A DNA stretch of 64,000 nucleotides from a virus. Its lineage: Duplodnaviria > Caudoviricetes. Positions 1 to 10,585 of this stretch are shown piece after piece. The notes under the pieces are model-generated. The model was not told the DNA's origin, made no database searches, and saw only the letters and a program-made list of their open reading frames with translations. Made by a program: the position numbers and the translations under genes. The DNA lies in the IMG/VR virus record IMGVR_UViG_3300025715_000014, positions 32,001-96,000 of that record. One strand, given 5' to 3'. The first letter of the stretch is position 1; each line of letters opens with the position of its first letter.

Positions 1-31
1 CCATTATGATAATGTAAAAAATAAATATTTA

Positions 32-241
32 ATGAATAAAAGAGATATACAAAAAGTAAAGTTTATTATTGGTGAAAGAACTGGTGAAGTTTTAGTATTA
101 AAAGAATCGAATTTTGATAGTTTGTTTGAAATGGGATTCATAGACTATGATATTGAAAGTAGAATATATACATTTGATGAAAGCAATCGTTGGCGAATAG
201 ATAAATATATTTTAAAAGACGCTAAAATTGGCAAAATGTAA
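32..241 (+). CDS. hypothetical protein
   Basis: 69-aa ORF overlapping the next gene; no recognised motif. Confidence 0.6.
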   Translation: MNKRDIQKVKFIIGERTGEVLVLKESNFDSLFEMGFIDYDIESRIYTFDESNRWRIDKYILKDAKIGKM

Positions 242-638
242 AAGAAATTGTGAAAAGATGAAAACATTTGAATCATATAATAACGTTGTGAAAGATAAAT
301 TGGGAGTCAAGCTAAATCGAGGAGATTTGGTAATAAACATCTATAAACATGGCAAATATTATTTAGAAACAGGTCATATCATCGAAATGGATACAAAATT
401 TGAAGGAGATTGTATAGTTGAATTAGAAATAAACGGGCCGCATGTTCGTTTATATGAAACAAATTTAATAAAAGTTGAAAGAATAGTTTGTTTAGACACT
501 GGCGAGGTCCACTATACACCATTTAATAGCTTGTTGGATCTATTATCAATTGGAATAGCAAAATTTAATCCCAGTGGTAGTTTTTATTTTTATGAAAATA
601 AAAACTCAAAAGGTATAAATGACTATTTTATCAAATAA
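228..638 (+). CDS. hypothetical protein (probable start at MKTFESY, ~258)
   Basis: ORF track; internal MKTFESYNN leader and DKLGVKLNRGDLV YopX/KOW-like segment. Confidence 0.6.
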   Translation: MAKCKRNCEKMKTFESYNNVVKDKLGVKLNRGDLVINIYKHGKYYLETGHIIEMDTKFEGDCIVELEINGPHVRLYETNLIKVERIVCLDTGEVHYTPFNSLLDLLSIGIAKFNPSGSFYFYENKNSKGINDYFIK

Positions 639-675
639 AAAAATTAATATATAAAGAAAAAATAATTTTTATAAA

Positions 676-1311
676 ATGAAATTAAAAAATTATACAGATT
701 TCATCAAAGAAGGTAAAAGAGAGGAAGATGAGATAAACAGATTACTCGATTTAATGGATAAGAGACAACTGACCGACGAAGAAAAAAAACTTTTATCTGA
801 TTTAAGTAGTGGAAAAAAATTAGAAGAGGAAAAACCTACTTTAGCCAAACATAAAACTGGCGGATTATTATTTGATGAAGAAGGAGATGTCATTACACAT
901 GGCGAAGAACCAAAAGCTGGAGAGGAATTTGTCACTAAAAAGGGTAAACAAAGTTCTTTAGAGGTAGAGCACGACGATCGAACCAACGCTAGGGTTTATA
1001 GAGCAAATGGTAGCGATGAGAGATTTTATTTTGTAAGTAGCTCGGATGGGTGGATCGTATATAGAACTGGTGGAAAATATGAATTTGGAATGTTCTTGAG
1101 CAAGGACTCGAAATATTATGGTGAAATAGCAAGTATGAATGTTGATGAATTGTGGGATGATTTAAATTGGAAATTTGATATAGGAATGGAATTGGATAAA
1201 AAAACTCTAGATGATTTTAAATATTTTATGGAGCTATATTATGAAAAAGATCAAAAGAAATATAAAGAATACTTGAAAGTTTTATATAAAAAATTATCAA
1301 CTCTAATCTAA
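676..1311 (+). CDS. putative internal head protein, paralog of 1330..2022
   Basis: Leader MKLKNYTDFIKE; TTAATATATA box at ~644; colinear similarity to the next gene. Confidence 0.7.
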   Translation: MKLKNYTDFIKEGKREEDEINRLLDLMDKRQLTDEEKKLLSDLSSGKKLEEEKPTLAKHKTGGLLFDEEGDVITHGEEPKAGEEFVTKKGKQSSLEVEHDDRTNARVYRANGSDERFYFVSSSDGWIVYRTGGKYEFGMFLSKDSKYYGEIASMNVDELWDDLNWKFDIGMELDKKTLDDFKYFMELYYEKDQKKYKEYLKVLYKKLSTLI

Positions 1312-1329
1312 AAAAATAAAATACATAAC

Positions 1330-2022
1330 ATGAAGAAAAAATATGGCACATTAAACGAAGGTATGTATGATTTCTATGAGAAACAAGGAAAAGAAGAAGA
1401 TGAATTAACAGATAAGATCGTTGATTATTATTTAGATAAAATGAGAAAATATGGAAAAGATTCTTTAACCGAGATCGAAGCTCGTATTTTTAAAGATGCT
1501 CAAGATGGTCGTTTAACTATGGGAAAGCCTGTGTATGCCAAAGATAAAGTAACGGGAGATATACTATTAGATGATTTTGGTAATCCAGTGGTCATTGACG
1601 AGCCAAATAAAGTATATCCAGGAATTCCATTTTTGACTTCACGCGGTATGGGTGAAGTTAAAAAAGAAGCTCCGATTGCCGGACGTTGTTATTGGAATAA
1701 TGGTTCAACTGCTAGAAGTTATTATGTTTTTGATAAAAAAGCAATAAATAGTGAAAATCCTTATGGTATTATAATATACAAAACGGAGTCGAAGACTGGT
1801 AAAGCTTTTGGCTCTTTTATGGTGCCAAAAAATAAAGAATTGACACCGCCAGCTGACTTATGGTTAAAATGTGAAGATGATTTCGATTTCGGAGCCGTTT
1901 TAACAAAAGAAATATATGAAACATTTATAAATTTTTATAATTTGTATCATACTTCAAAAAAGGAAAATCTCGAAGAAATAACAAAATTATACGATATGTT
2001 AAAAAAATTTCCCCAGAAATAA
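1330..2022 (+). CDS. putative internal head protein, paralog of 676..1311
   Basis: Shared blocks EEDE..LD.M..LT..E, AK.K.G..L.D..G and R.Y..NGS..R.Y.V. Confidence 0.7.
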   Translation: MKKKYGTLNEGMYDFYEKQGKEEDELTDKIVDYYLDKMRKYGKDSLTEIEARIFKDAQDGRLTMGKPVYAKDKVTGDILLDDFGNPVVIDEPNKVYPGIPFLTSRGMGEVKKEAPIAGRCYWNNGSTARSYYVFDKKAINSENPYGIIIYKTESKTGKAFGSFMVPKNKELTPPADLWLKCEDDFDFGAVLTKEIYETFINFYNLYHTSKKENLEEITKLYDMLKKFPQK

Positions 2023-2400
2023 ATGTCAGAACAAGAATATAATGCGAATGAAAAATTAAGAAAAGCTGTTTATGATATTTTAATGTCATCTTCGAGCGAG
2101 AATATAAAATTTCCAGAGTTATCTCTAATATTGAAAGATAAATATAAAGTTGATATATCCCCCGAAATATTAGAGCATATATTTGAAGAATGGGATCGTC
2201 GCAAAGATTATACTTATTTTAAGAAACAAGATGAAAAATGGTTGGATGTTTGGTTATACATGAAATACATAAAAAGAAAAGCTAGATATAAACAAAATTT
2301 TGGTAAGCATAGATGGAAAAATTGGGATTGGAGAGAAAACAGTGGTACCACAACTTACTGGAGAGGCGGATATAATTATAATGATAGATATTATGATTAA
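2023..2400 (+). CDS. hypothetical protein
   Basis: 125-aa ORF abutting the upstream stop codon. Confidence 0.65.
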   Translation: MSEQEYNANEKLRKAVYDILMSSSSENIKFPELSLILKDKYKVDISPEILEHIFEEWDRRKDYTYFKKQDEKWLDVWLYMKYIKRKARYKQNFGKHRWKNWDWRENSGTTTYWRGGYNYNDRYYD

Positions 2401-2687
2401 TTTTTTCTAAGCCCTATTTTATCGTCAAATATATCAACAATTCGTTGAGCAAATTCTTTCAATGACTCTAGGTTTGGCGATTTCACATTTACAAAAACTG
2501 CTCTTGATGTTGTCCAATAGTCAGTATATCTTAACACGTAAGCATTATCTTCTCTTTCTATTGAAAATTCATATCTATCATCAGAGAAATAAATATTATC
2601 TTTATTTATTCAATTTATAGGCTCATTGATTAAAGAATCTTGTCATTTATATTCTTTCAATTTTTCATCAAATCTTCTAATTTTCAT
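2397..2687 (-). pseudogene. 96-codon gene with two in-frame TGA codons (not in ORF track)
   Basis: Manual translation MKIRRFDEKLKEYK*QDSLINEPIN*INKDNIYF...GLRKN; TGA at 2643-2645 and 2610-2612; the stop overlaps the convergent gene by 4 nt. Confidence 0.65.
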
Positions 2688-2769
2688 GTCAATTTTTTTT
2701 ATTTAAATATTGATATTTTTTTTTGATTTTTTAATTTAAATATATAAAAATAAAAACTCGTAGAACAAA

Positions 2770-3381
2770 ATGAACATAATAAAATTCTCGGAATATATTA
2801 AAGAATCAAATGATAGAATTAAAGATTTGAACAACAATGATGGAATATTATTTGTCGTTGATGTTCAAAGCGAATTTCAAGATTTCATACCTCAAAATTT
2901 TGAAGAAAACATAATGAAATATTGTGAGGACTTCCCAATAAATGAAGATGGCGGCGGAGTTTATCAGATTTGGGATGCTAATAAAGCTCAGAATTATTCT
3001 TTCGATTTTCCGAATACAGTGCTTACAGTAAAGAAGAATTATGGATTAAATTTTGACAAAAAAATAAAGAAACTGGCTAAAAAATTGACAAAAAAATATG
3101 GAGAGATAGAAGAAGGTAAAAGATTTAAATTGAAGGATATAAATACTTACATGATCAAAGTAAATAATAACCATAAATGGTTTTATGTTAATGAAGATTT
3201 AACGGATCTTTTTGAAAAAATGGCAGGTAAAACCGTTGTAGTTGTCGGCGGAGCAGATTCTGAGTGTTTGAGTGATGTTTATGTTTCCATGAAATCTTTT
3301 GGAATAAATCCCATATATAATCACGACTATATTTATAGTGCTAAAACAAGTGATGATCAAGTGGCGGCACCAAAATCTTGA
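2770..3381 (+). CDS. isochorismatase/cysteine-hydrolase-like protein with head-targeting leader
   Basis: LFVVDVQ and VVVVGGADSECL motifs; leader MNIIKFSEYIKES. Confidence 0.6.
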   Translation: MNIIKFSEYIKESNDRIKDLNNNDGILFVVDVQSEFQDFIPQNFEENIMKYCEDFPINEDGGGVYQIWDANKAQNYSFDFPNTVLTVKKNYGLNFDKKIKKLAKKLTKKYGEIEEGKRFKLKDINTYMIKVNNNHKWFYVNEDLTDLFEKMAGKTVVVVGGADSECLSDVYVSMKSFGINPIYNHDYIYSAKTSDDQVAAPKS

Positions 3382-4916
3382 ACATATTTCAAATTCCCAG
3401 AATCATAAATTCTATAAATCTTTCTCTCAAGCATTATTTCATGTTCAGTCTTTAAAGGATCAAATCCCTGTTTGATTAGTTCATCTTTTCTAAAACCAAA
3501 CCTATGTTTTCTCATGCCATCAATAACATAATAATAATTGGGCTCAGTTTTTCTGATAAGTTCGAATCCAAGATTTTTATATAAATTTCCTTGGCTCCAA
3601 GACCTGTCAGCATAACTGGTCACTTCTTTTGGCTCAAAATTTTTAACAAAAAATTTGAACAGTCTTGAAGCTCCTCCAATAACATTGGTGTTCAGTTTGT
3701 TACAGAATCTCAACATCTCGTAGGTTCCATCCTCACTTTTTTGTCCCATAGATCTTCTCAGGCTTCCAAAGGTCATCAAAGAAACAAGTTCTCCCGAATA
3801 AAACAGACCAATCTTGATCCTAGATCCAACAAATCCTTGAATATGATTGTTCTCAAGAAAATCTCTAACAAGTTTATTATCAGACACTTCTTTGATTTCA
3901 CACTTCCTGGCATAAATCTTGTTTGGAGTTTTATTTAACAAGTTTAATATTCTGGACTTAACAATTTCTTGTTTATATATCCAGTCGTCCTCGTAAATAT
4001 GAATGAGTCTGATACCTTGTTTTTCTGCTAGTTCAGTTTTTTCCAAATGATAATTTAAAGAAAAATTTATTTCACTGTGCCAGTAAAGACCATTGAATTC
4101 AAATGCTAATTTTAAATCTGGTAAATAAATATCAATTTCCTTTGGATGAATTATTTTTCTATTATTTGAAACCGTATCCAAATCATAATTTTCCATAATG
4201 AAATTTTTTAACTGTGTCTCGTATCCACTGCTTGTATAAGAATTAATTGGATTGCAAATGGTGCATAAAATCGTTTTATATAAAAATCTTTTTCTTAGGA
4301 CATCAATATCTATTAAAAAATTATGCGGATCGTTGTTATCGCAGGCCATTGTGACCATGTTTTTATTTATATTTAAAATATCGAATTTTTCTAATGATTT
4401 TTTCCTAAAATCATCAGATTCTCTAAAATAATTTGCTCCATATTTTTTTTGACACGTTTCAATGGATGATTCTCTGAATTTTTTTGTTTTATAAAAACAT
4501 TCGTCCCCATATAAAAAATTCATTGTTTCTTTTCTCTTATTTTTGAATTCTTGAATTTGAGACGGATTATCTTTTCCATATCTTTCAATCATGGTTTTCT
4601 TTTTTTTGTCCAACATATTTTCAATCTCGATATTTGTTTTTGACGAATAAGATATTTTCAATTTTTTAGAACAACATTTTTGACAAGAATAAAAATTATA
4701 TCTTTTAATATTTTTAACATAATACCTATATAACAAATCCTTTTCTTCCCCACAAATATCACACTTAACTTTAATGATAGAATGACTACCATCTGTTAAA
4801 TGTTCGACCGGAACAACTATTTTATTTCCGTTTTTTAAATCATTGTATCCAAGTTTTTTAAAATGATTCATATTTGCTGAATTCAAAATTACATCAACTT
4901 CTTTGCTTAATATCAT
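3357..4916 (-). CDS. Hef-like homing endonuclease, copy 1 (Zn ribbon and KYG repeats, Vsr-like PD-(D/E)XK domain, GNAT-like C-domain)
   Basis: EIDIYLP..AFEFNGLYWH nuclease motif; KIYARKC..NHIQG..YEMLRFC..SYADRSWS..IYDSG C-domain. Confidence 0.8.
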   Translation of the reverse strand: MILSKEVDVILNSANMNHFKKLGYNDLKNGNKIVVPVEHLTDGSHSIIKVKCDICGEEKDLLYRYYVKNIKRYNFYSCQKCCSKKLKISYSSKTNIEIENMLDKKKKTMIERYGKDNPSQIQEFKNKRKETMNFLYGDECFYKTKKFRESSIETCQKKYGANYFRESDDFRKKSLEKFDILNINKNMVTMACDNNDPHNFLIDIDVLRKRFLYKTILCTICNPINSYTSSGYETQLKNFIMENYDLDTVSNNRKIIHPKEIDIYLPDLKLAFEFNGLYWHSEINFSLNYHLEKTELAEKQGIRLIHIYEDDWIYKQEIVKSRILNLLNKTPNKIYARKCEIKEVSDNKLVRDFLENNHIQGFVGSRIKIGLFYSGELVSLMTFGSLRRSMGQKSEDGTYEMLRFCNKLNTNVIGGASRLFKFFVKNFEPKEVTSYADRSWSQGNLYKNLGFELIRKTEPNYYYVIDGMRKHRFGFRKDELIKQGFDPLKTEHEIMLERKIYRIYDSGNLKYVQDFGAAT

Positions 4917-5055
4917 TTTTATTTTTATTATTTTTTATCCAAGTTTTGATACAATTCTCAACGAAAAGTGATTTGTTTAATGATTTTTGTTTGGCTATTT
5001 TATCAAATTCTTCTAAAAGATATTCTTCTATAGTGAAAGTTCTTGTTTTCTTCAT
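4894..5055 (-). CDS. ribbon-helix-helix (CopG-like) DNA-binding protein, 53 aa (not in ORF track)
   Basis: MKKTRTFTIEEYLLEEFDKIAKQKSLNKSLFVENCIKTWI; overlaps the endonuclease start. Confidence 0.75.
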   Translation of the reverse strand: MKKTRTFTIEEYLLEEFDKIAKQKSLNKSLFVENCIKTWIKNNKNKNDIKQRS

Positions 5056-5136
5056 ATCAATTATTGTTATTTATTGTTATATATTAAAAAATAATTTCAA
5101 TTTTTTTAAATAAATGAAAATAAATAACAATCTAAA

Positions 5137-5874
5137 TTATATCTTTTTATAAATTACAGTAAAATAATAATCAAATTTATATTGTGTATAATCTTTGGTT
5201 TGATTGAAAATCATTTTAACTGGATCCAAATTACTCAAATAATCTGGCGTTATTATATTTATATTTGTGTTGAGATTTTCTAAAAAGAAAACCCCCTTGT
5301 TGAAATTTGGATTTTTTATTAATTTGTTTTTATCATATAAATTTGATACTTCTGACACATTAAAATACTCGACAAAAAAATCAATTCTATATAAATTATA
5401 TCTATCTAAAAGATTGTTTGTTATATAGTTATATATAAAGTCATTAATATTTCTTTCTATTAGATCAGTGCTTTTAATACATTTGAAAACTCTGCTTTCT
5501 TTTAAACGCAAAAATAAATATTCTTTTAATATGTTTCGAGTGTCTATAACAAAAGACCATTCAAAATTTGTATTTCTACTTTCAACTTGGCTATAAATGT
5601 CGACAGAATGGTTTGCTAATTTTATATCATCCAAACTTTTTAAAATTTGAGTTTCGGGTATAATGGCATTGTTTATGCTATAGTTTTGATAATGATCGTT
5701 TTGTAAATTTACTTTATCGACAACTTCTGAATATTGTATAGAAATATTATTGATGATAATTTCATCTTCTATATCAATAAGTTTGCCACCAAAAAAGCTT
5801 TTACATTCTATCGGAGTCTTTGTGCCGACAACTGTTTCGGTATCAAATTTTCTTATTATGAGATCACTTTTCAT
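5137..5874 (-). CDS. hypothetical protein, possibly virion structural
   Basis: 245-aa ORF with a TATATA box upstream. Confidence 0.65.
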   Translation of the reverse strand: MKSDLIIRKFDTETVVGTKTPIECKSFFGGKLIDIEDEIIINNISIQYSEVVDKVNLQNDHYQNYSINNAIIPETQILKSLDDIKLANHSVDIYSQVESRNTNFEWSFVIDTRNILKEYLFLRLKESRVFKCIKSTDLIERNINDFIYNYITNNLLDRYNLYRIDFFVEYFNVSEVSNLYDKNKLIKNPNFNKGVFFLENLNTNINIITPDYLSNLDPVKMIFNQTKDYTQYKFDYYFTVIYKKI

Positions 5875-6001
5875 ATATGAAATTATTATTTGTTTTATAT
5901 ATTAAAAAAGATGTGTACAAATTTTTTTATTTGAATAAATTATTTATATTTGCTAGTAAAATAAATAAAAATGGAAATTTTATTCGCTGTGCCTCAAATA
6001 G

Positions 6002-6103
6002 AAGTATTTACATTTTCGTTGTTCAGATAAATATAAATCATACCTGAATAAACATAAAACTAATATTCGTTCAGCGACACTAACCAGAACAAAGTCTGGT
6101 AAG
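6002..6103 (+). pseudogene. possible TnpB internal fragment in a decayed region
   Basis: Frame reads KYLHFRCSDKYKSYLNKHKTNIRSATLTRTKSGK, similar to FATISKSTSGNYY of the intact TnpB. Confidence 0.4.
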
Positions 6104-6364
6104 AAGAAAAACTTTTACAGTCTGGTAAGATTGTATAAGATTTTTTTAACGGTATTTTATAATAGTGGAGTGGTCTTTCAGGTCCATAATAACCACCATT
6201 ATAATTTCCATTTTCGGATTTTTGTTTTGTATCTTTGATCAACACATTTACTGAAACCATTCCAAAGTGGATTGATAAATTAGAGTTTAAATCTGATATA
6301 ATTTATATCAAAAATTCAAAAGAAACATAAACTAATGTAACGGCTTCATATATAATATAAAATC

Positions 6365-6682
6365 ATGAAACAGATTGAATTTGAAACATCGTTAGGTATA
6401 GTTCGCGGTAAAATTACAAGCGAAACGAAGGTGTATGATGATTACGGTGAAAAATTTATAGTGGACATCGATGAATCAACAGCCGATAGACTTGACATGT
6501 TTCAATGGAAAAGTGTCTTCATTTATAATGAAAGATTTTGTAAAATAGAATTGGTTGATAATAAATATGGATATCCCGAGTATAAATATACAAGATTGAG
6601 ACTCGGCGATTATGTTCTAGAAGAAATGGAATCTGCGTGGGCTGGATGTGGTGATTGTCTGATGGAGTTCAAAACAAATTAA
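6365..6682 (+). CDS. hypothetical protein
   Basis: 105-aa ORF. Confidence 0.65.
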   Translation: MKQIEFETSLGIVRGKITSETKVYDDYGEKFIVDIDESTADRLDMFQWKSVFIYNERFCKIELVDNKYGYPEYKYTRLRLGDYVLEEMESAWAGCGDCLMEFKTN

Positions 6683-6718
6683 AAAAATATTTTATATTAT
6701 TTTTTAATATATAGGTAC

Positions 6719-7246
6719 ATGAAAATGTACGAGGAATGGCTCTTTAGAAAGAAAAAAAGAGAAGAAGATATTATAACTGATGTTTTGCCAGAGGAAGAAA
6801 TACCTTCTCATATCAATAATTTTTATAAATTGCGTAAATTGTTGAGATTTAAAAAAGAACTCAGTAATTCTACTGTTGACATTTTACAAAAAGACAAAAT
6901 TTGGGATGATATATTAGACATTCAACTTAAATTTTTAAAGGAATTGGTCATTCTTCATTCTGTTAAAGATAATGGTGATGTGGCTAAGCTGGATCTTAGA
7001 AAAAATTTAAATGATATCGCTTTGTATACATCTCGTTGGTATTTTGGCAAGAATTGCGAAAGTATACCAATTTTCTCTGAAATCGTAGCTTATATTAATT
7101 ATTTATACCATGAATATTACGATGATGATGTTGTTCTTTATTTCTATGATAATGGCGAAGAATATGAAATAAGAGATAAAGTTGAAGATAAGAAAAAAAG
7201 CGAAAAACATAAAGAAGACGATCCTTTTCAAGAGGAGAAGTGGTAA
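6719..7246 (+). CDS. putative internal head protein with C-terminal DDPFQEEKW tag
   Basis: Leader MKMYEEW; C-terminal variant of the DPWGEE motif. Confidence 0.65.
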   Translation: MKMYEEWLFRKKKREEDIITDVLPEEEIPSHINNFYKLRKLLRFKKELSNSTVDILQKDKIWDDILDIQLKFLKELVILHSVKDNGDVAKLDLRKNLNDIALYTSRWYFGKNCESIPIFSEIVAYINYLYHEYYDDDVVLYFYDNGEEYEIRDKVEDKKKSEKHKEDDPFQEEKW

Positions 7247-7300
7247 AAAATAAAACTTTGTCATATAATTAAATATATATTGATTAAATACTAAATATCA

Positions 7301-8863
7301 ATGAAATTTGTTTTAGATGAAACAAGAACCAAACTCATTTTAAAGGAATCTACTCGCGAGGAATATAACCAACTCAAACTAAGTCTTAGCAGATATGTTA
7401 AGAATTATTTTTTCATGGTTAAATATAAAAAAACAAAATGGGATGGTAAGATAGAATTTCTAAAGAACGGTAGAGAAATAAATTTTGGATTATGGTATGA
7501 AGTATATAAAATGTGCAAAGAATATGGTTTTCCATTTGTACTTGAAAATAAAGAAATCTTCCCAAAAGATGAAAGCATAAACAGAGATGAAATATCAGAA
7601 TGGCTGAAAGATTTTTATAAAGATCATAAAGAAAAAGATGACATAACAAAACCATTCACACCATACGATCATCAAGTAGAAGGAATATATAAAATTTTGA
7701 AAAACAAATTCGGTTTAATTGAGGTGGCCACAGCAGGTGGCAAATCCTTGATATTTGGTTCTCTTGTTTTTTATTATCTTAGAAATGTAAATAAAGATGC
7801 TAAATTTTTATTGATAGTCCCCTCATTGGATCTTGTCACTCAGTTTTATAATGATATAATGGATTATAACTTGGGTTATCATCAAGAAAATAAAAATCCT
7901 GTTGATATACGAATTGATGAAATAATGAGCGATAAACCAAGAAAACATTTTGGAGGAGACCCAAATATCTATATAGGGACTTATCAAAGTTTGGTTAAAT
8001 GGCCAGATGAGTTTTTCAAACAATTTGATGTTGTTTGTTGCGACGAATCACATTTAGCCAAAGCTTTATCGCTTATAACAATAATGGAAAAAACTTTTGG
8101 AACATCAAAAATTCGTTTTGGTATGAGCGGAACTTATCCAATGGAAGGAACTGCCGAACTATTTACAATAGAAAGTTTAATGGGTCCTAAATTATTGAAT
8201 ATCAAAGCATCCAAGTTAATGGATGATGGTATCATATCCCGTTTAAAAATAAAAGCATTATTATTAAACCATAATGAAAAACAATTTGCTGAAAATATTT
8301 ATTCTATAAAAAAAGCTGGTAACGGAAAAAAAGCATATGAACTTGAAAAAGAATATTCTCAGAATTCATTACCAAGAAAAATATTTTTAGCCAAACTAGT
8401 AGCAAAATTTAAACAAAATTCTCTTCTTCTGTTTCATAATCTAGATTACGGAACAGAGCTTTACAATTATTTTAGAGATAATATACCAGGTAAAGATTTC
8501 TATTATATTGATGGTGAAACACCAAAATTAAAAAGAAACGCCATTAAAAAAGAAATGGAAAAAACAGATGGTAATGTGAAGATATTGGTGGCCAGTTTTG
8601 GAACAACTTCAACTGGTATCAATATCAAAGCAATTGTAAATTTGGTTTTCTGCGATAGCTTTAAATCAGATCGAGTTGTTAGACAATCAATTGGTCGTGT
8701 TTTGCGTTTACATGCTGATAAAGAAAAAGCCGTCATATTTGACCTCGTGGATATATTTGACTACAGCAAAAGAGGAGTTTTACACAATCACTATTTATCT
8801 AGAAAACACGAGATATATGACAAGCAATCATATCCTTATGAAGAAATGAAAATAAATCTTTAA
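7301..8863 (+). CDS. uvsW: UvsW-like SF2 DNA helicase
   Basis: WDGKI N-domain, PYDHQ, ATAGGKS Walker A, DESH, GMSGT, STGINIK, QSIGRVLR. Confidence 0.92.
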   Translation: MKFVLDETRTKLILKESTREEYNQLKLSLSRYVKNYFFMVKYKKTKWDGKIEFLKNGREINFGLWYEVYKMCKEYGFPFVLENKEIFPKDESINRDEISEWLKDFYKDHKEKDDITKPFTPYDHQVEGIYKILKNKFGLIEVATAGGKSLIFGSLVFYYLRNVNKDAKFLLIVPSLDLVTQFYNDIMDYNLGYHQENKNPVDIRIDEIMSDKPRKHFGGDPNIYIGTYQSLVKWPDEFFKQFDVVCCDESHLAKALSLITIMEKTFGTSKIRFGMSGTYPMEGTAELFTIESLMGPKLLNIKASKLMDDGIISRLKIKALLLNHNEKQFAENIYSIKKAGNGKKAYELEKEYSQNSLPRKIFLAKLVAKFKQNSLLLFHNLDYGTELYNYFRDNIPGKDFYYIDGETPKLKRNAIKKEMEKTDGNVKILVASFGTTSTGINIKAIVNLVFCDSFKSDRVVRQSIGRVLRLHADKEKAVIFDLVDIFDYSKRGVLHNHYLSRKHEIYDKQSYPYEEMKINL

Positions 8864-10548
8864 ATTGGTTTCCAAATGAACTTTAAATTCCCCGAGTCAT
8901 AAATTCTATAGATTTTTCTTTCGAGCATTATTTCGTGTTCTGTCTTATTAGGATCAAATCCTTGTTTGATTAGTTCATCTTTTCTAAAACCAAATCTATG
9001 TTTTCTCATGCCGTCAATAACATAATAATAGTTGGGATCAGTTTTACTAACAAGCTTGAAACCAAGATTTTTATATAAATTTCCTTGGCTCCAAGACCTG
9101 TCAGCATAACTAGTCACTTCTTTTGGCTCGAAATTTTTAACAAAAAACATGAACAGTCTTGAAGCTCCTCCAATAACATTGGTGTTCAGTTTGTTACAGA
9201 ACCTCAACATCTCATAAGAGCCTTCTTCGCCTTTTTGACCCATTGCTTTTCTCAAGCTTCCGAAAGTCATTAAAGAAACAAGTTCTCCTGAATAAAAAAG
9301 ACCGATCTTGATTCTCGAACCAACAAAACCTTGAATATGATTTGTTTCTAGGAAATTTCTAACGAGCTTGTTATCAGACACTTCTTTCACATCACATTTC
9401 CTGGCATAGATCTTGTTTGGAGTCTTGTTTAACAAATTTAATATTCTTGATTTGACAATTTCTTGTTTGAATATCCAGTCATCTTGATATATTTGAACAA
9501 GCCGAATTCCTTGTTTTTCAGCCATTTCGGTTTTTTCCATGTGATATTTATTTGATTTGTTCAACTCGTTATGCCAATAAACCCCATTAAATTCAATTCC
9601 AATATTTAGTATTGGTATAAATATATCTATTTCTTTTGGTGATAAAATATTCCTATCTTTCAATATTATATCTCCATCAAAATTTTTTAAAACAAAATCT
9701 TTTAATTCATTCTCAGAAAAAGATGATTGATCGCCAATTGGTTTACAATTTGTGCAATAATCAATTTTATAATAATATCTTTGTATTAAATTGCTAATTG
9801 ATATGTCATAATTTTTTCCACATTTATCACAATATATTGTATATACTCCTCCATTAAAATCAATGATATTACAATCATATTTTATGGACGATTCACTCAT
9901 TTTTGAATTTTTATAATCTTGTGATTTCATATAATTTTCAACGCCATATTTTTTTAAACACGTTTTTTGATATTTATCATTATTTACATAATTTTCATCG
10001 CCGTATTTATCCAGCTTAGTTTTTTTCATCTTATTTTTTGTCGATTGAAGCGATGATGTATTTATTGTTCCATATTTATTTAATTTTGTTTTTTCAGATT
10101 TTATTTTAAAATCATCACTTCTTATATAATCTTCTTTTCCGTATTTTTCTAAACATGTCTTTTTATTTTTTTCTACATTTACATAATTTTTGTTCCCATA
10201 TTTACTGGTTTTTGTTTTAGAACTTTTATTTTTTATTTTTTCATTTTGAAAAACATTTTCGCATCCATATTTTTCAACATTTGTTATTTTTCTTTTTTCA
10301 TTCGCACATTTTTTAGAACAAGCATAAAAACCGCCTTTTTCTATATTTTGATTATATGAGTAGTATATAGTTTCTACGATATTTTCACAAACATCACACT
10401 TAACCGAAACTTTAGAATGGGATCCTTTTAATAAATCTTCTATTCTTATATCATGATAATCACCAATTTGCACATCATATCCAATATTCTTGTAGTAAGA
10501 ATATTCTTTTGGTGTAATTTTTACTTTTACATTTTTTGTTATAATCAT
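8860..10548 (-). CDS. Hef-like homing endonuclease, copy 2
   Basis: KKTCLEKYG repeats; IEFNGVYWH; conserved C-domain. Confidence 0.8.
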   Translation of the reverse strand: MIITKNVKVKITPKEYSYYKNIGYDVQIGDYHDIRIEDLLKGSHSKVSVKCDVCENIVETIYYSYNQNIEKGGFYACSKKCANEKRKITNVEKYGCENVFQNEKIKNKSSKTKTSKYGNKNYVNVEKNKKTCLEKYGKEDYIRSDDFKIKSEKTKLNKYGTINTSSLQSTKNKMKKTKLDKYGDENYVNNDKYQKTCLKKYGVENYMKSQDYKNSKMSESSIKYDCNIIDFNGGVYTIYCDKCGKNYDISISNLIQRYYYKIDYCTNCKPIGDQSSFSENELKDFVLKNFDGDIILKDRNILSPKEIDIFIPILNIGIEFNGVYWHNELNKSNKYHMEKTEMAEKQGIRLVQIYQDDWIFKQEIVKSRILNLLNKTPNKIYARKCDVKEVSDNKLVRNFLETNHIQGFVGSRIKIGLFYSGELVSLMTFGSLRKAMGQKGEEGSYEMLRFCNKLNTNVIGGASRLFMFFVKNFEPKEVTSYADRSWSQGNLYKNLGFKLVSKTDPNYYYVIDGMRKHRFGFRKDELIKQGFDPNKTEHEIMLERKIYRIYDSGNLKFIWKPI

Positions 10549-10585
10549 AATATGAAACTTTTTTTATCCTATATATAAAAAAGTT

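Noticed and set aside
4874-5113. Plus-strand 79-aa ORF
   Set aside because: Antisense shadow of the RHH gene
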